Below the pieces are notes generated by a model. The model was not told the DNA's origin and did no database searches. It saw only the letters and a list, made by a program, of their open reading frames with translations. Both the position numbers and the translations under genes were made by a program. Below, piece by piece: positions 15,549-26,860 of a stretch of 64,000 bases of DNA. The DNA comes from Macrostomum lignano (lineage: Eukaryota): assembly GCA_002269645.1 (NCBI GenBank), contig NIVC01000124.1, positions 248,001-312,000 of the forward strand, written 5' to 3'. The first letter of the stretch is position 1. Each line of letters starts with the position of its first letter.

Positions 15549-18500
15549 GAATCCCGGCGCAACCAGTCGTAGAGGTGTCCTGCTCAGCCACTGGTGCCAA
15601 CATGCTGGTAAACTGTCGCATCCTGCCAATGTGTGTCCCTGCCAGCTGTCTAGTTGACACTGGGTGTTCCCAGTCTTTGATGTCAAGTTCCCTGTTTCGC
15701 AAGCTGAATGAGAGGCTCCTGCCTTTGACGACTCCGGTGCAGTTGAAGCTGGCAGACGGTAACTATTTGGCTGCCTGTGGTTGGCAGGAAGTGCAGCTAA
15801 GTTTCGGTGTGGCAACGGTTCGACAAAGAGTTTTAGTTGTCGACAATCTGGCCAAGGATTTTTTGCTGGGTGCAGATTTCCTGGCAAACTGTGGCTGCGT
15901 CATCGACTGCAATCGCCAAACGCTCACTGTGTGCGGTCAGCAAGTAAAAATGGAGTCATCGGCAGCAAGTAGCTGTGTATTCGCCGTTGAGGTAGCAGAC
16001 AGGACAACCGTGCCCGCTGGTCACGAACTCGTCTTCCCAGCGAGATTGGCAAGTGAGTCAGATGCAGCTGTTGATGGTGAGTGCGGCATTTTTGAGCCTG
16101 ATAATTCGAAGGACATCTCCACGGTCATGTGTGGAGCGCGCAGCCTCTCGGTGTTGCGAGGAGGACTCATCGCTGTTCACTATGTCAATACGGACACCAA
16201 GCCGCATACATTTTACCCCGGAACAAGACTGGGGACTTTTGAGCCGATGTCAGATGGTGCCGATGCAGAGTTGTCAATGCAAGTTGAGACAGTGAAAGGT
16301 CAAATCGCCGAGTATGTACCAAATGTGCACATTGATGAGAAAAATCTTACAGCCAATCAAGTTCAGTGTGTCAAAGATCTTCTGCATCAGTACCAGGATG
16401 TGTTCTCGAAAAGTCCAAACGACCTGGGCTGCACTTCACTCCTTGACCACAAAATTGACACCGGGTCGGCGAAACCTATCAGAGTGCCTCCTCGTAGATT
16501 GTCGCCGCCGAACCAGCGAGCTGTGTCAGAGATGGTCGAGCAGATGGTGAGAGACGACATCGTAGAGCCTTCGAATTCTCCGTGGTCGAGCCCGGTCATT
16601 CTGGTGAAGAAGAAGGACGGCAGTTTGCGCTTCGTGAACGACTTCAGACTGCTCAACTCCGTGACCGTCAAAGACAGTCATCCACTGCCTCACACCAGCG
16701 ATCTGATCGATGCTCTCGCAGGATCCACAATGTTCTCAACGCTCGATTTCACTAGCGGGTACACCCAGGTGATGCTGGACTCAGAGAGTCGCGCAAAAAC
16801 AGCATTTCCTGCGCCACAAGGATTATTCCAGTACAAGAGACTACCGCAAGGTGTGTGCAATGGTCCTGCCACGTTTTCAAGGCTGATGGAACTCGTTCTG
16901 AAGGGCCTCCGATGGGAAGTGTGCCTGTCATTTCTTGACGACGTTGTCATCTTTTCGAAAGGATTCGAGGAGCATCTGCGGCGTCTTGAGCTTGTGTTGC
17001 AGAAATTCAGAACCGCTAACCTGAAGTTGAAGCCGACCAAGTGCCACTTGTGCTATCAGGAGATCTCATTTCTTGGCTTTCGAATCTCAAAAGATGGCGT
17101 GACCACTGACCCGGACAAGGTGAAAGCAGTGCAGGAGTGGCCAACGCCCGAAGATCGTTCAGAAGTGCGACAATTCCTGGGGTTATGTGGCTACTATCGT
17201 CATTTCGTTAAAAACTACAGTGAGATTGCTGAACCGCTGTACAAGCTAACGCAAAAGGACGTGACCTTCAGCTGGACTCTCGAATGCTCAGCAGCATTTA
17301 ATCGCCTAAAGCAGTGCCTTACTTCCAGCCCAGTCCTCATCATGCCGACATTCGCAGAAGACGCTGAGTTCGTGCTGGATACCGATGCCTCTGGCGTGGC
17401 CATCTCCGGAGTTCTTCAAGAGCGCCGTGGTGGCAGGACGCAGGTGGTGGCGTACGGCAGTCGCATTCTGTCCAAAGCAGAGAGAAATTACTGCACAACG
17501 AGGCGTGAGCTGCTGGCAATTGTGCACTTCGTCGGTCACTATCGCAGCTACTTGTTAGGAAAAAGATTCACACTACGTACTGATCACGCCTCGCTGATCC
17601 ATCTTCTGTGCTTTCGAGATCCCGATGGTCAGCTGGCACGGTGGCTGGATAAGCTAAGCGAATTCGACTACCAGACGGAGTATCGCAAGGGCGAGAAACA
17701 TGGAAATGCAGACGCACTTAGTCGGCGACCGTGTCGAAAAGGACCTTGCCTGTGCAGTGGCTCTGCGCTCGCTGTCGAGTTCAATGACGACAGCGCGATT
17801 CGACGAGCACAGGCAGAGGATCGGTGCATGCAGAAGCTGGCGAACTGCTTGCGAGATGGGCAACCACCGGATAAGGCAGAGACGGACGGCTGGAGCAATC
17901 GGCAGCGGCAACTGCTGTCCGAGTTTAAGCGGCTGACACTGGTGAACGGACTGCTGTGCCGCCGATGGGAATCCGAAGATGGCAGCGCCTTTTGTCAGCA
18001 GCTGCTGGTGCCAGAGAGTCTACAGCGCGATGTTTTTGTCGAAGCTCATGCTGGAACGAGCGGCAGCCACTGCGGACCGCAGAAGACCATAGAAAAGATC
18101 AGGGCGCGACTCTACTGGCCTGGAATGACAGCAGATGTGACTGACTGGTGTGCTGCGTGCCTCGAATGCGCGACACTGAAAGATTCTGGCCAGCACAGGC
18201 GGGCACCTCTACAGAGCATGGCGGTCGGCAGCGTTGGCCAGCGACTGGAAATGGACTTCATGGTGGGCCTGCCGAGGACCGATCGTGGAAATTCAGTCAT
18301 CCTGGTAGTCATCGACACCTTCAGCAAGTGGACTGAGGCCTTTCCACTGCCGTCTCAAGACGCTGAGACCACAGCCCGGACGTTTGTCAACGAGTGGGTG
18401 GCTCGCTTTGGAGTCCCGCAGTCGGTGCACACCGACCAGGGTCGGAACTGGGAGTCACAGCTGTTTCAAGAGACGATGCGGCTGCTGAAAATCGACAAGA

Positions 18501-18766
18501 CTCGGACGACAGGCTACCACCCTGAAGGAGACGGCGGTTGCGAACGGATGAACCGGACACTGGTGCAGCTGCTGCGAGCATGGGTGAACGAGAATCAGCG
18601 AGACTGGGATCTTCATCTGCAGATTGCACTGATGGGCTACCGCACTTCAGTCCACAAGTCGACTGGTCAGACACCTTCGGCGATGCATTTCGGCCGGGAA
18701 CTGCGACTACCACTGGACTTGGCATACGGAGGTCTGGCGCCGGATAGGCAACGTCCTTGTGAATAG
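15485..18766 (+). CDS. pol: Pol (protease, RT, RNase H, integrase), -1 frame relative to gag; ends at a premature TAG
   Basis: LVDTGCS (protease), RLPQG and SFLDD (RT), VLDTDASG and TDHASL (RNase H), H-H...C-C zinc finger and EMDF / HTDQG / CERMNRTL (integrase DDE). Confidence 0.95.
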   Translation: MHSEVGKLRWSGDRRGAVPQVRIPAQPVVEVSCSATGANMLVNCRILPMCVPASCLVDTGCSQSLMSSSLFRKLNERLLPLTTPVQLKLADGNYLAACGWQEVQLSFGVATVRQRVLVVDNLAKDFLLGADFLANCGCVIDCNRQTLTVCGQQVKMESSAASSCVFAVEVADRTTVPAGHELVFPARLASESDAAVDGECGIFEPDNSKDISTVMCGARSLSVLRGGLIAVHYVNTDTKPHTFYPGTRLGTFEPMSDGADAELSMQVETVKGQIAEYVPNVHIDEKNLTANQVQCVKDLLHQYQDVFSKSPNDLGCTSLLDHKIDTGSAKPIRVPPRRLSPPNQRAVSEMVEQMVRDDIVEPSNSPWSSPVILVKKKDGSLRFVNDFRLLNSVTVKDSHPLPHTSDLIDALAGSTMFSTLDFTSGYTQVMLDSESRAKTAFPAPQGLFQYKRLPQGVCNGPATFSRLMELVLKGLRWEVCLSFLDDVVIFSKGFEEHLRRLELVLQKFRTANLKLKPTKCHLCYQEISFLGFRISKDGVTTDPDKVKAVQEWPTPEDRSEVRQFLGLCGYYRHFVKNYSEIAEPLYKLTQKDVTFSWTLECSAAFNRLKQCLTSSPVLIMPTFAEDAEFVLDTDASGVAISGVLQERRGGRTQVVAYGSRILSKAERNYCTTRRELLAIVHFVGHYRSYLLGKRFTLRTDHASLIHLLCFRDPDGQLARWLDKLSEFDYQTEYRKGEKHGNADALSRRPCRKGPCLCSGSALAVEFNDDSAIRRAQAEDRCMQKLANCLRDGQPPDKAETDGWSNRQRQLLSEFKRLTLVNGLLCRRWESEDGSAFCQQLLVPESLQRDVFVEAHAGTSGSHCGPQKTIEKIRARLYWPGMTADVTDWCAACLECATLKDSGQHRRAPLQSMAVGSVGQRLEMDFMVGLPRTDRGNSVILVVIDTFSKWTEAFPLPSQDAETTARTFVNEWVARFGVPQSVHTDQGRNWESQLFQETMRLLKIDKTRTTGYHPEGDGGCERMNRTLVQLLRAWVNENQRDWDLHLQIALMGYRTSVHKSTGQTPSAMHFGRELRLPLDLAYGGLAPDRQRPCE
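15500..15559 (+). promoter_or_regulatory. -1 programmed ribosomal frameshift signal (G GGA AAC + H-type pseudoknot)
   Basis: Heptamer in correct gag phase, 6-nt spacer, stem 1 15513-15520/15533-15540, stem 2 15524-15530/15553-15559. Confidence 0.8.
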
Positions 18767-19474
18767 GTGGCCGAGCTGCGGAGCCGGCTGCAGACATCGC
18801 ACGAGAGGGCGCGACAAAACTTGGAGGCAGCGCAACTGCACCAGAAGGCAGCGTACGACAGGAGGTGCCACGGCGAGGCATTCAGCGAGAACGATCTGGT
18901 CTGGCTGCACAATCCGGCGCTGAAGCGAGGCGAGAGCCGAAAATTTCATCGATGGTGGACTGGGCCATGGCGCGTTAAAAAGCAGATCTCAGACGTCACC
19001 TACCGCATTCAGCACGAGGCCAATGCACGACGGCGAAGGGTGGTGCATTTCAATCGCCTGAAGCCATGCAACACGGCCAGCTCAGCTGCAGCACCTCAAT
19101 TGCAACCAGCGGCGCAACTGCACAATCCTGACGAGGACGACCTGAGATTTGACGGCATCCCAGCCGGCGCCCCATCCGGCGCCCCAGCCGGCGCCTCAGC
19201 CGGCGCCCCAGCCGGCGCCCCAGTCGGCGCCCCGGTCGGCGCCCCAGCCGGCGCCCCAGCCGGCGCCCAAGCCGGCGACCCAGCCGGCGCCCCAGCCGGC
19301 GACCCAGCCGGCGCCCCAGTCGGCGCCCCGGTCGGCGCCCCAGCCGGCACCCCAATCGGCGCCCCGGTCGGCGCCCCTGCTGATGTTCCAGAGCATCCAG
19401 AACAGCCTGTATTGCGCCGAAGTGAGAGGGCCCGTGCCCCGCCAGAATTTTTTGGTGAAGTGTATACTCATTGA
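18767..19474 (+). CDS. In-frame continuation of pol after TAG: integrase C-terminal (GPY/F-type) region plus (PAGA)n tail
   Basis: Same frame as pol; KFHRWWTGPWRV...VTYRI...VVHFNRLKP and terminal LRRSERARAPP are typical Gypsy integrase C-terminal motifs. Confidence 0.8.
   Translation: MAELRSRLQTSHERARQNLEAAQLHQKAAYDRRCHGEAFSENDLVWLHNPALKRGESRKFHRWWTGPWRVKKQISDVTYRIQHEANARRRRVVHFNRLKPCNTASSAAAPQLQPAAQLHNPDEDDLRFDGIPAGAPSGAPAGASAGAPAGAPVGAPVGAPAGAPAGAQAGDPAGAPAGDPAGAPVGAPVGAPAGTPIGAPVGAPADVPEHPEQPVLRRSERARAPPEFFGEVYTH
19159..19378 (+). repeat. 12-bp in-frame minisatellite (ccagccggcgcc)n, about 18 units, inside pol tail
   Basis: Direct inspection. Confidence 0.9.
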
Positions 19475-19654
19475 ATGCAGATTTTCTTAGATAGTTTTTT
19501 TTAAACATTGGCATTGCTTAAGTTCATTTTAATTTCCACTTTTATTTCCCTCAAATATTTATTCGTTCAAATATTCGATCAGAATTCGTCGAACTCATAC
19601 TCGTAACTTTTTTTAACACAACGAAAAATGCAGAAAGTGAGTGGAACACTTTTT

Positions 19655-19667
19655 GAAAGAAGGAGAG
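19655..19667 (+). promoter_or_regulatory. Polypurine tract (gaaagaaggagag)
   Basis: Purine run ending 3 nt before the 3' LTR. Confidence 0.8.
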
Positions 19668-19670
19668 CAT

Positions 19671-19835
19671 TGTAAGATGGTTTGCTTAGTTGATTGCGTG
19701 TGCGCACGTTCACTAGCTCTTATGTACATTTGCTCGCTGTACAATGATAATATATAAGTGAATGCCTTGGCGCCCTGGGCAGCCAAGAGTCGGTCTACGC
19801 CTTAAGCCAATTTCTCGTTTTCGCTTGTTCTTACA
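19671..19835 (+). repeat. 3' LTR (165 bp)
   Basis: Near-identical to 14519-14687. Confidence 0.96.
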
Positions 19836-19890
19836 ATACGAATTCGTTAAGTAATAGAATATTTTTATATCTAATAATTAATGAATGCAG

Positions 19891-19928
19891 GTATTATGGA
19901 CTCAGGTTAAGCATCGGAGGCTGCATAG
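19891..19928 (+). pseudogene. Probable degraded start of ACE-B exon 3 (unit 2 copy at 37660-37697)
   Basis: After aatgcag acceptor, phase-1 reading SIMDSG*ASEAA* aligns without gaps to [17 protein letters not shown], with two stops. Confidence 0.45.
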
Positions 19929-19994
19929 GTACGAGTAGCCTAGAATTATTCTTAAAACACATAAGCCTTTACTAGCTTCAGAATTATCAACGAC

Positions 19995-22432
19995 TAGCTA
20001 CTGAAGTATCAAGGATTAGCTACTGAAGTATCAAGGATTTGCTACTGAAGTATCAAGGACTAGCTACTGAAGTATCAAGGATTAGCTACTGAAGTATCAA
20101 GGATTTGCTACTGAAGTATCAAGGACTAGCTACTGAAGTATCAAGGACTAGCTACTGAAGTATCAAGGACTAGCTACTGAAGTATCAAGGACTAGCTACT
20201 GAAGTATCAAGGATTAGCTACTGAAGTATCAAGGACTAGCTACTGAAGTATCAAGGATTAGCTACTGAAGTATCAAGGATTAGCTACTGAAGTATCAAGG
20301 ATTAGCTACTGAAGTATCAAGGATTAGCTACTGAAGTATCAAGGACTAGCTACTGAAGTATCAAGGATTAGCTACTGAAGTATCAAGGATTTGCTACTGA
20401 AGTATCAAGGACTAGCTACTGAAGTATCAAGGATTTGCTACTAAAGTATCAAGGATTAGCTACTGAAGTATCAAGGATTAGCTACTGAAGTATCAAGGAC
20501 TAGCTACTGAAGTATCAAGGACTAGCTACTGAAGTATCAAGGACTAGCTACTGAAGTATCAAGGATTTGCTACTGAAGTATCAAGGACTAGCTACTGAAG
20601 TATCAAGGATTAGCTACTGAAGTATCAAGGACTAGCTACTGAAGTATCAAGGATTAGCTACTGAAGTATCAAGGACTAGCTACTGAAGTATCAAGGATTA
20701 GCTACTGAAGTATCAAAGATTAGCTACTGAAGTATCAAGGACTAGCTACTGAAGTATCAAGGATTAGCTACTGAAGTATCAAGGACTAGCTACTGAAATA
20801 TCAAGGATTAGCTATTAAAGTATCAAAGATTAGCTACTAAAGTATCAAGGATTAGCTACTGAAGTATCAAGGATTAGCTACTGAAGTATCAAGGACTAGC
20901 TACTGAAGTATCAAGGATTAGCTACTGAAGTATCAAGGATTAGCTACTGAAGTATCAAGGACTAGCTACTGAAGTATCAAGGATTAGCTACTGAAGTATC
21001 AAGGATTAGCTACTGAAGTATCAAGGACTAGCTACTGAAGTATCAAGGATTAGCTACTGAAGTATCAAGGACTAGCTACTGAAGTATCAAGGACTAGCTA
21101 CTGAAGTATCAAGGACTAGCTACTGAAGTATCAAGGATTTGCTACTGAAGTATCAAGGACTAGCTACTGAAGTATCAAGGATTAGCTACTGAAGTATCAA
21201 GGACTAGCTACTGAAGTATCAAGGACTAGCTACTGAAGTATCAAGGACTAGCTACTGAAGTATCAAGGATTTGCTACTGAAGTATCAAGGACTAGCTACT
21301 GAAGTATCAAGGATTAGCTACTGAAGTATCAAGGACTAGCTACTGAAGTATCAAGGATTTGCTACTGAAGTATCAAGGACTAGCTACTGAAGTATCAAGG
21401 ATTAGCTACTGAAGTATCAAGGATTAGCTACTGAAGTATCAAGGACTAGCTACTGAAGTATCAAGGACTAGCTACTGAAGTATCAAGGACTAGCTACTGA
21501 AGTATCAAGGACTAGCTACTGAAGTATCAAGGACTAGCTACTGAAGTATCAAGGATTAGCTACTGAAGTATCAAGAACTAGCTACTGAAGTATCAAGGAT
21601 TAGCTACTGAAGTATCAAGGATTAGCTACTGAGGTATCAATGATTAGCTACTGAAGTATCAAGAACTAGCTACTGAGGTATCAAGGATTAGCTACTGAAG
21701 TATCAAGAACTAGCTACTGAGGTATCAAGGATTAGCTACTGAAGTATCAAGGATTAGCTATTGAGGTATCAAAGATTAGCTACTGAAGTATCAAGGATTA
21801 GCTACTGAAGTATGAAGAACTAGCTACTGAAGTATCAAAGATTAGCTACTGAAGTATCAAGGATTAGCTACTAAAGTATCAAGGATTAGCTACTGAAGTA
21901 TCAAGAACTAGCTACTGAAGTATCAAGAACTAGCTACTGAAGTATCAAGGATTAGCTACTGAAGTATCAAGGATTAGCTACTAAGGTATCAAGGATTAGC
22001 TACTGAAGTATCAAGGATTAGCTACTGAAGTATCAAGGATTAGCTATTGAGGTATCAAAGATTAGCTACTGAAGTATCAAGGATTAGCTACTGAGGTATC
22101 AATGATTAGCTACTGAAGTATCAAGGATTAGCTACTGAAGTATCAAGAACTAGCTACTTAAGTATCAAAGATTAGCTACTGAAGTATCAAGGATTAGCTA
22201 CTGAAGTATCAAGGATTTGCTATTGAGGTATCAAAGATTAGCTACTGAAGTATCAAGGATTAGCTACTGAGGTATCAATGATTAGCTACTGAAGTATCAA
22301 GGATTAGCTACTGAAGTATCAAGAACTAGCTACTGAAGTATCAAGGATTAGCTACTGAAGTATCAAGGATTAGCTACTGAGGTATCAAGGATTAGCTACT
22401 GAAGTATCAAGGATTAGCTACTGAGGTATCAA
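19995..22432. repeat. 22-bp satellite (gaagtatcaaggattagctact), roughly 110 units
   Basis: Array length divided by monomer length. Confidence 0.97.
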
Positions 22433-22820
22433 TGGAGTGACTGTGACTGTGATGGAGTGACTGTGACTGTGATGAAGTGACTGCGAGTGTGATGGAGTGA
22501 CTGTAACTGTGATGGAGTGACTGTGACTGTGAAGGAGTGACTGTAACTGTGATGGAGTGACTGTAACTGTGATGGGGTGACTGTAACTGTGATGAAGTGA
22601 CTGTAACTGTTATGAAGTGACTGTGACTGTGATGAAGTGACTGTAACTGTGATGAAGCGACTGTAACTGTAATGGAGTGACTGCGAGTGTGATGGAGTGA
22701 CTGCGAGTGTGATGGAGTGACAAGAGGTGAGACGGAGTGACAGTGAGCGTGAAAATGTGAAAGTGTGGGTCAGAGTGACAGCGAGTGTGAAAGTGTGACA
22801 GTGAGTGTGACAGAATGACA
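22433..22820. repeat. 18-bp minisatellite (gagtgactgtgactgtgatg type)
   Basis: Direct inspection. Confidence 0.92.
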
Positions 22821-23400
22821 GTATGATGAGAAGAGTTTTGCACTCTCCAGATTTCTTTTTCAAGATGTCCCTGGCGCGACCGTCAAGAGAGTGAGGGGTA
22901 AGAGGGATATTTTCCAGAGCAATGGGAGCACTTCCCAAATCACAGGGGGCTGCCCAGCCAGCTGATTAAAATTAATTAGGTCCGTCCGAATGCAAATTAG
23001 TGGCCGCTGCGCCAGCTAGGGATGTGGGGGTGTCTTTCGCGGAATCTCTGAGTCCAGTCAGCAAGTATATGAGATCCTCAGGCCTTTATCAGAGTATAGC
23101 AAGTTTCCCTCACTCTGCGCTTTTGCCCGAGATTTCTGGCCAGCCGCTTTGAAGGATTTGAAAGACGAGGGAAAAAAACTTTTTTTCTCGGCTTCAAGAA
23201 TGGCGGTCGGTCATGATTGCTGCTTTGAGAGAAAAAGAAAGTTCTTAACTTTTATTTTGTCTGGCTTCAGCGAGATTTCCAAGATAGGGTTTCCCTGTAT
23301 AGGTTGCAAGTTTCTAGAAAATCTTCCTAATAGGGGTGCCACAGAGTTAATATTAACTAGGGCTGTGAATGAGAACTGCGAATGAGACAGTCGTGAAAAT

Positions 23401-24035
23401 GAGTGTGATGGAGTGACTGTGAATAGGATGTAGTGACTGTGAATGTGATGGAGTGACTGTGAATGTGATGGAGTGACTGTGACTGTGATGAAGTGACTGT
23501 GAGTGTGATGGAGTGACTGTGAGTGTGATGGAGTGACTGTGAGTGTGATGGAGTGACTGTGAGTGTGATAGAGTGACTGTGAGTGTGATGGAGTGACAGT
23601 GAGTGTGATGGAGTGACTGTGAGTGTAATGGAGTGACAGTGAGTGTGATGGAGTGACAGTGAGTGTGATGGAGTGATTGTGAGTGTGATAGAGTCACTGT
23701 GAGTGTGATGGAGTGACAGTGAGTGTAATAGAGTGATTGTGAGTGTGATAGAGTGACTGTGAGTGTCATGGAGTGACTGTGTGTGTGATGGAGTGACAGT
23801 GAGTGTGATGGAGTGACTGTGAGTGTGATGGAGTGACTGTGAGTGTGATGGAGTGACTGTGAGTGTGATGGAGTGTCAGTGAGTGTGATGGAGTGACTGT
23901 GAGAGTGATGGAGTGACAATGAGTGTAATGGAGTGACAGTGAGAGTGATGGAGTGACAGTGAGTGTAATAGAGTGACTGTGAGTGTGATGGAGTGACTGT
24001 GAGTGTAATAGAGTGACAGTGAGAGTGATAGAGTC
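23401..24035. repeat. 18-bp minisatellite (gagtgtgatggagtgact)
   Basis: Direct inspection. Confidence 0.93.
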
Positions 24036-24340
24036 AGTGTAAGTATGAGAGACAGACAATGAGTCGTACAGAGTGACAGTGCTAGGGTGAGAGTTACAGT
24101 GAAATAGAGGGAGACTGACAGAATGAGACAATATTATGGTGAGGCAGTAAGAAATTAAATCAACACTACTTTTATTTGTATGGCAATTTTCAGTTCCAGA
24201 TTTAATAACGTTATCCGACTAGAAAAATAATTCTTTAGTTGTACTTTAAGTTTAACAGCAGACTGCGGTATGTAACTTGCGAGTGACAAATTACCAAGCC
24301 AGGCTCATTAACCTCCTAAGTCTATAAGGCGGCTTGTGGG

Positions 24341-24712
24341 GGCGTCTTCTGACTTATTCACTTAATTTGGCGCCTTCTGACTTATTCACTTAATTTGGCG
24401 CCTTCTGACTTATTCACTTAATTTGGCGCCTTCTGACTTATTCACTTAATTTGGCGCCTTCTGACTTATTTACCGAATTCGGCGCCTTCTGACTCATTAA
24501 ACTAATTTGGCGCCTTCTGACTTATTCACTTTATTTGGCGCCTTCTGACTTATTCACTTAAAAAGGCGCCTTCTGACTCATTCACTTAATTTGGCGCCTT
24601 CTGACTTACTCACTTTATTTGGCGCCTTCTGACTTATTCACTTTATTTGGCGCCTTCTGACTTATTCACTTAAAAAAGCGCCTTCTGACTTATTCACTTA
24701 TTTTGGCGCCTC
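24341..24712. repeat. 28-bp ggcgcc minisatellite (unit 2)
   Basis: Homolog of 411-1150. Confidence 0.93.
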
Positions 24713-25209
24713 CATGGCGCCAACAATCTTGGCGCCTCCAGTCTAACGCTCGACTTTGTTGAGTTCCCAATTCGCTAGCCGCATCCACCCCCCAAGAATT
24801 CCTGACCAATGGGAACTGTGCTAGCCAGTATTTTCTAAGGCTTAATACCCTCACAGTAGTGTATAAAATATGCTGAAAAATTCCAATAGGAATTTTGTCC
24901 TCTTCGCCGCGTTATTTTCTCATTTGAAATGCTCAAATAAACAAATAATTCACGCGAGGTTCGATTTTAAACGAAAACTACAGCTCAAACTATGGAAGGT
25001 GTAAAATTAACCCGATCCAAGTCGCTGCCCGATTCGAGACTATTCGAAGCTTTGGTTCGAAAATTTTCCAGGTGAGCCATGTTGCCCCCCCCCCCCTAAT
25101 CTTACCTCATTAGCACCTGTTTAATGAATGTATCCTGAGCAGTAATGCTCAGTAATGATGCTTAATACAGAAATGTCGTCGAATCCAGACTTGGGAATAC
25201 TTTGTCAAC

Positions 25210-26162
25210 TGGGGATCTGGGAGGGCGGCCGCCCAGCAACTGGGGATCTGGGAGGGCGGCCGCCCAGCAACTGAGGATCTGAGAGGCTGGCCCAGCAACT
25301 GAGGATCTAGGAGGCTGGCTCAGCAACTGAGGATCTGGGAGGGCGGCCGCCCAGCAACTGAGGATCTGGGAGGCTGGCCCAGCAACTGAGGATCTGAGAG
25401 GCTGGCCCAGCAACTGAGGATCTGGGAGGCTGGCCCAGCAACTGAGGATTTAGGAGGCTGGCTCAGCAACTGAGAATCTGGGAGGCTGGCCCAGCAACTG
25501 AGGATCTAGGAGGCTGGCTCAGCAACTGAGGATCTGGGAGGCTGGCCCAGCAACTGAGGATCTGAGAGGCTGGCCCAGCAACTGAGGATCTGAGAGGCTG
25601 GCCCAGCAACTGAGGATCTGAGAGGCTGGCCCAGCAACTGAGGATCTAGGAGGCTGGCTCAGCAACTGTGGATCTGAGAGGCTGGCCCAGCAACTGAGGA
25701 TCTGAGAGGCTGGCCCAGCAACTGAGGATCTGTTAGGGCGGCCGCCCAGCAACTGAGGATCTGAGAGGCTGGCCCAGCAACTGAGGATCTGAGAGGCTGG
25801 CCCAGCAACTGAGGATCTGGGAGGGCGGCCGCCCAGCAACTGGGGATCTGGGAGGCTGGCCCAGCAACTGAGGATCTGAGAGGCTGGCCCAGCAACTGAG
25901 GATCTGGGAGGCTGGCCCAGCAACTGAGGATTTAGGAGGCTGGCTCAGCAACTGAGAATCTGGGAGGCTGGCTCAGCAACTGAGGATCTGGGAGGCTGGC
26001 CCAGCAACTGAGGATCTGGGAGGCTGGCCCAGCAACTGAGGATCTGAGAGGCTGGCCCAGCAACTGAGGATCTGAGAGGCTGGCTCAGCAACTGAGGATC
26101 TGAGAGGCTGGCCCAGCAACTGAGGATCTGAGAGGCTGGCTCAGCAACTGAGGATCTGGGCA
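25210..26162. repeat. 28-bp ggaggctgg minisatellite (unit 2)
   Basis: Homolog of 1661-2005. Confidence 0.93.
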
Positions 26163-26753
26163 GTCCATTCCCAGTGGCTCCTCTGGACGCTTTGGCTTCG
26201 ATATTACCAATCTATTAATATTTCTGGGTGTCAGGACTGGATTAAGAGAGCTGGCCAGCTTCCAGCGCCCTCTCGGTCTGGGAATGTCTCGGCCCCGAAC
26301 TGTGCAAATGATTTATGGTGCATGTTACAATACGCTGGGGAAAATAGGGATTTCAATGCATCTAATACATGTATAAAGATAGATATATATATATATATTT
26401 AGGTCTGCAAAACTGGGAGTTCAAGTCGTCAGACTATGTTTTATAGGATTTCGGGTGCTCAACTGGTGGATATTTTGTTGCGTCTGATTTTTGATTGTGG
26501 TGTCTTTGTTGTCTTAGCAATTGAGGTTGTTGTTGAAATCGAAGTTTTCGTAGTTTTGAGGTTATTGTTGTTGTTGTTGCTGTTGTTGTTGTTGAAATTG
26601 TGGTTGTTGTTGTTGTTGTTGTTGTTGAAATTGAGGCTGTTGTTGTTGTTGTTGTTGTTGTTGTTGCTGCTGTTGTTGTTGAAATTGAGGTTGCTGTTGT
26701 TGTTGAAATTAAGGTTGTTGTTGTTGTTGTTGTTGTTGTTGTTGGAATTGAGG

Positions 26754-26809
<56 letters not shown>

Positions 26810-26826
26810 GTTGAAATTCAGGTTGT

Positions 26827-26860
<34 letters not shown>

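Larger units (their letters stand above)
14519..19835 (+). mobile_element. Full-length Ty3/Gypsy LTR retrotransposon, 5317 bp, ATAC target-site duplication (14515-14518, 19836-19839)
   Basis: TG...CA LTRs, PBS, PPT, gag, and pol in PR-RT-RNaseH-IN order; empty site gtaagatacgaattcg at 37600-37615. Confidence 0.97.

Noticed and set aside
16925-16945. RT motif FLDD instead of YxDD as an inactivating change
   Set aside because: Phe at this position occurs in other Ty3/Gypsy RTs and both catalytic aspartates are intact.
15062-18949. Antisense and alternative-frame ORFs within the retrotransposon
   Set aside because: Shadow ORFs of GC-rich gag/pol with no recognisable motifs.
18767-19474. Separate env-like third ORF
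   Set aside because: Same frame as pol, begins with GTG right after the TAG, carries integrase C-terminal motifs, and has no signal peptide or TM segment.
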